A stretch of 64,000 nt of DNA from the NCBI RefSeq assembly GCF_004010195.1, contig NC_057753.1:7312130-7376129 (forward strand), written 5' to 3'. Origin of the DNA: Chiloscyllium plagiosum. Its lineage: Eukaryota. The notes beneath the pieces were generated by a model. That model saw nothing but the letters and a program-made list of their open reading frames with translations. It did no database searches and was not told the origin of the DNA. Numbering within the stretch: the first letter of the stretch is position 1; the number at the start of each line of letters is the position of its first letter. Positions 63,403 through 64,000 of this stretch are shown here, piece by piece. The translations under genes were made by a program, and so were the position numbers.

Positions 63403-64000
63403 GTGCCAGTGTGTTGGACTGTGGTGGACAAAATAAAAAATCACACAACACCAGGTTATAGGTTTATTCGGAGGTATAAGCATTCCGAGCGCAGCTTCTT
63501 CAAGAGGTAACTAGTGGAGTAGGATCATAGTGTCATACACTGATGCAATATATTGAACAAACCTAAATTGCTGTTAAGTCTTTCATCTTTTAGAATGGTA
63601 TTGAAGGTTTTGAATCATCATTATGTAAATGCCACAATTTTTTTAAGTCACATTCTCAAGAAAACTTAAGGTTTTATGAGAAAAAGTGACAACTCAGACA
63701 GTGCACTAAAGGTGTGAGATTAGAGTCTGGATGTATTCCAATCTTGATTCAGACTGGTTCTATTTCCAAAGTAGGAATTTATAAAACAGCACATGGATTA
63801 TAAAATATATTGGCTGCCTACAGATTGTTTGCTTTTTGCAAATGTAAATTCACCCCAAACAATTTTGCAAATGTAAATTCACCCCAAAGACTTATACGCG
63901 TGCGTGTATGCACGTGAGGGAGAGAGAGAATGGGAGAATGTGTGTGTGCGTGTGTGTTTGAGTGCATGTTAGTGTGTGCGTGAGTGTATATGCCTATGAC
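63403..64000 (-). mobile_element. Penelope-like family-2 3' end, truncated by the window edge
   Basis: 'gtgttggactgtggtggacaaaataaaaaatcacacaacaccaggttatag' terminal motif followed by a UTR similar to 21300-21680. Confidence 0.7.

Overview
This is eukaryotic, repeat-dense vertebrate DNA, most likely from an elasmobranch (shark or ray), inferred from HE1-type V-SINEs, Deu-domain SINEs and CR1 LINEs with matching 3' tails. It holds two intact, divergently oriented two-exon class A GPCR genes of the GPR139/GPR142-like orphan group: complement(join(176..1077,2431..2500)) and join(33710..33806,34389..35287). Also present are two decayed C2H2 zinc-finger genes, two decayed tRNA-Glu copies, and a CpG-rich promoter built from a tandem CCAAT+GC-box hairpin array (61.15-61.9 kb). 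Most of the rest is transposon-derived: three Gmr1-type (integrase-before-RT) Gypsy LTR elements, a solo LTR, many CR1 LINEs, HE1 SINEs and Penelope-like element (PLE) ends. The PLE ends carry minimal hammerhead-ribozyme motifs from three families and often occur as TSD-flanked fold-back palindromes. There is a 981-nt N gap next to a 1988-bp-period duplication. Repeat boundaries were read by eye and are approximate unless TSDs are quoted.
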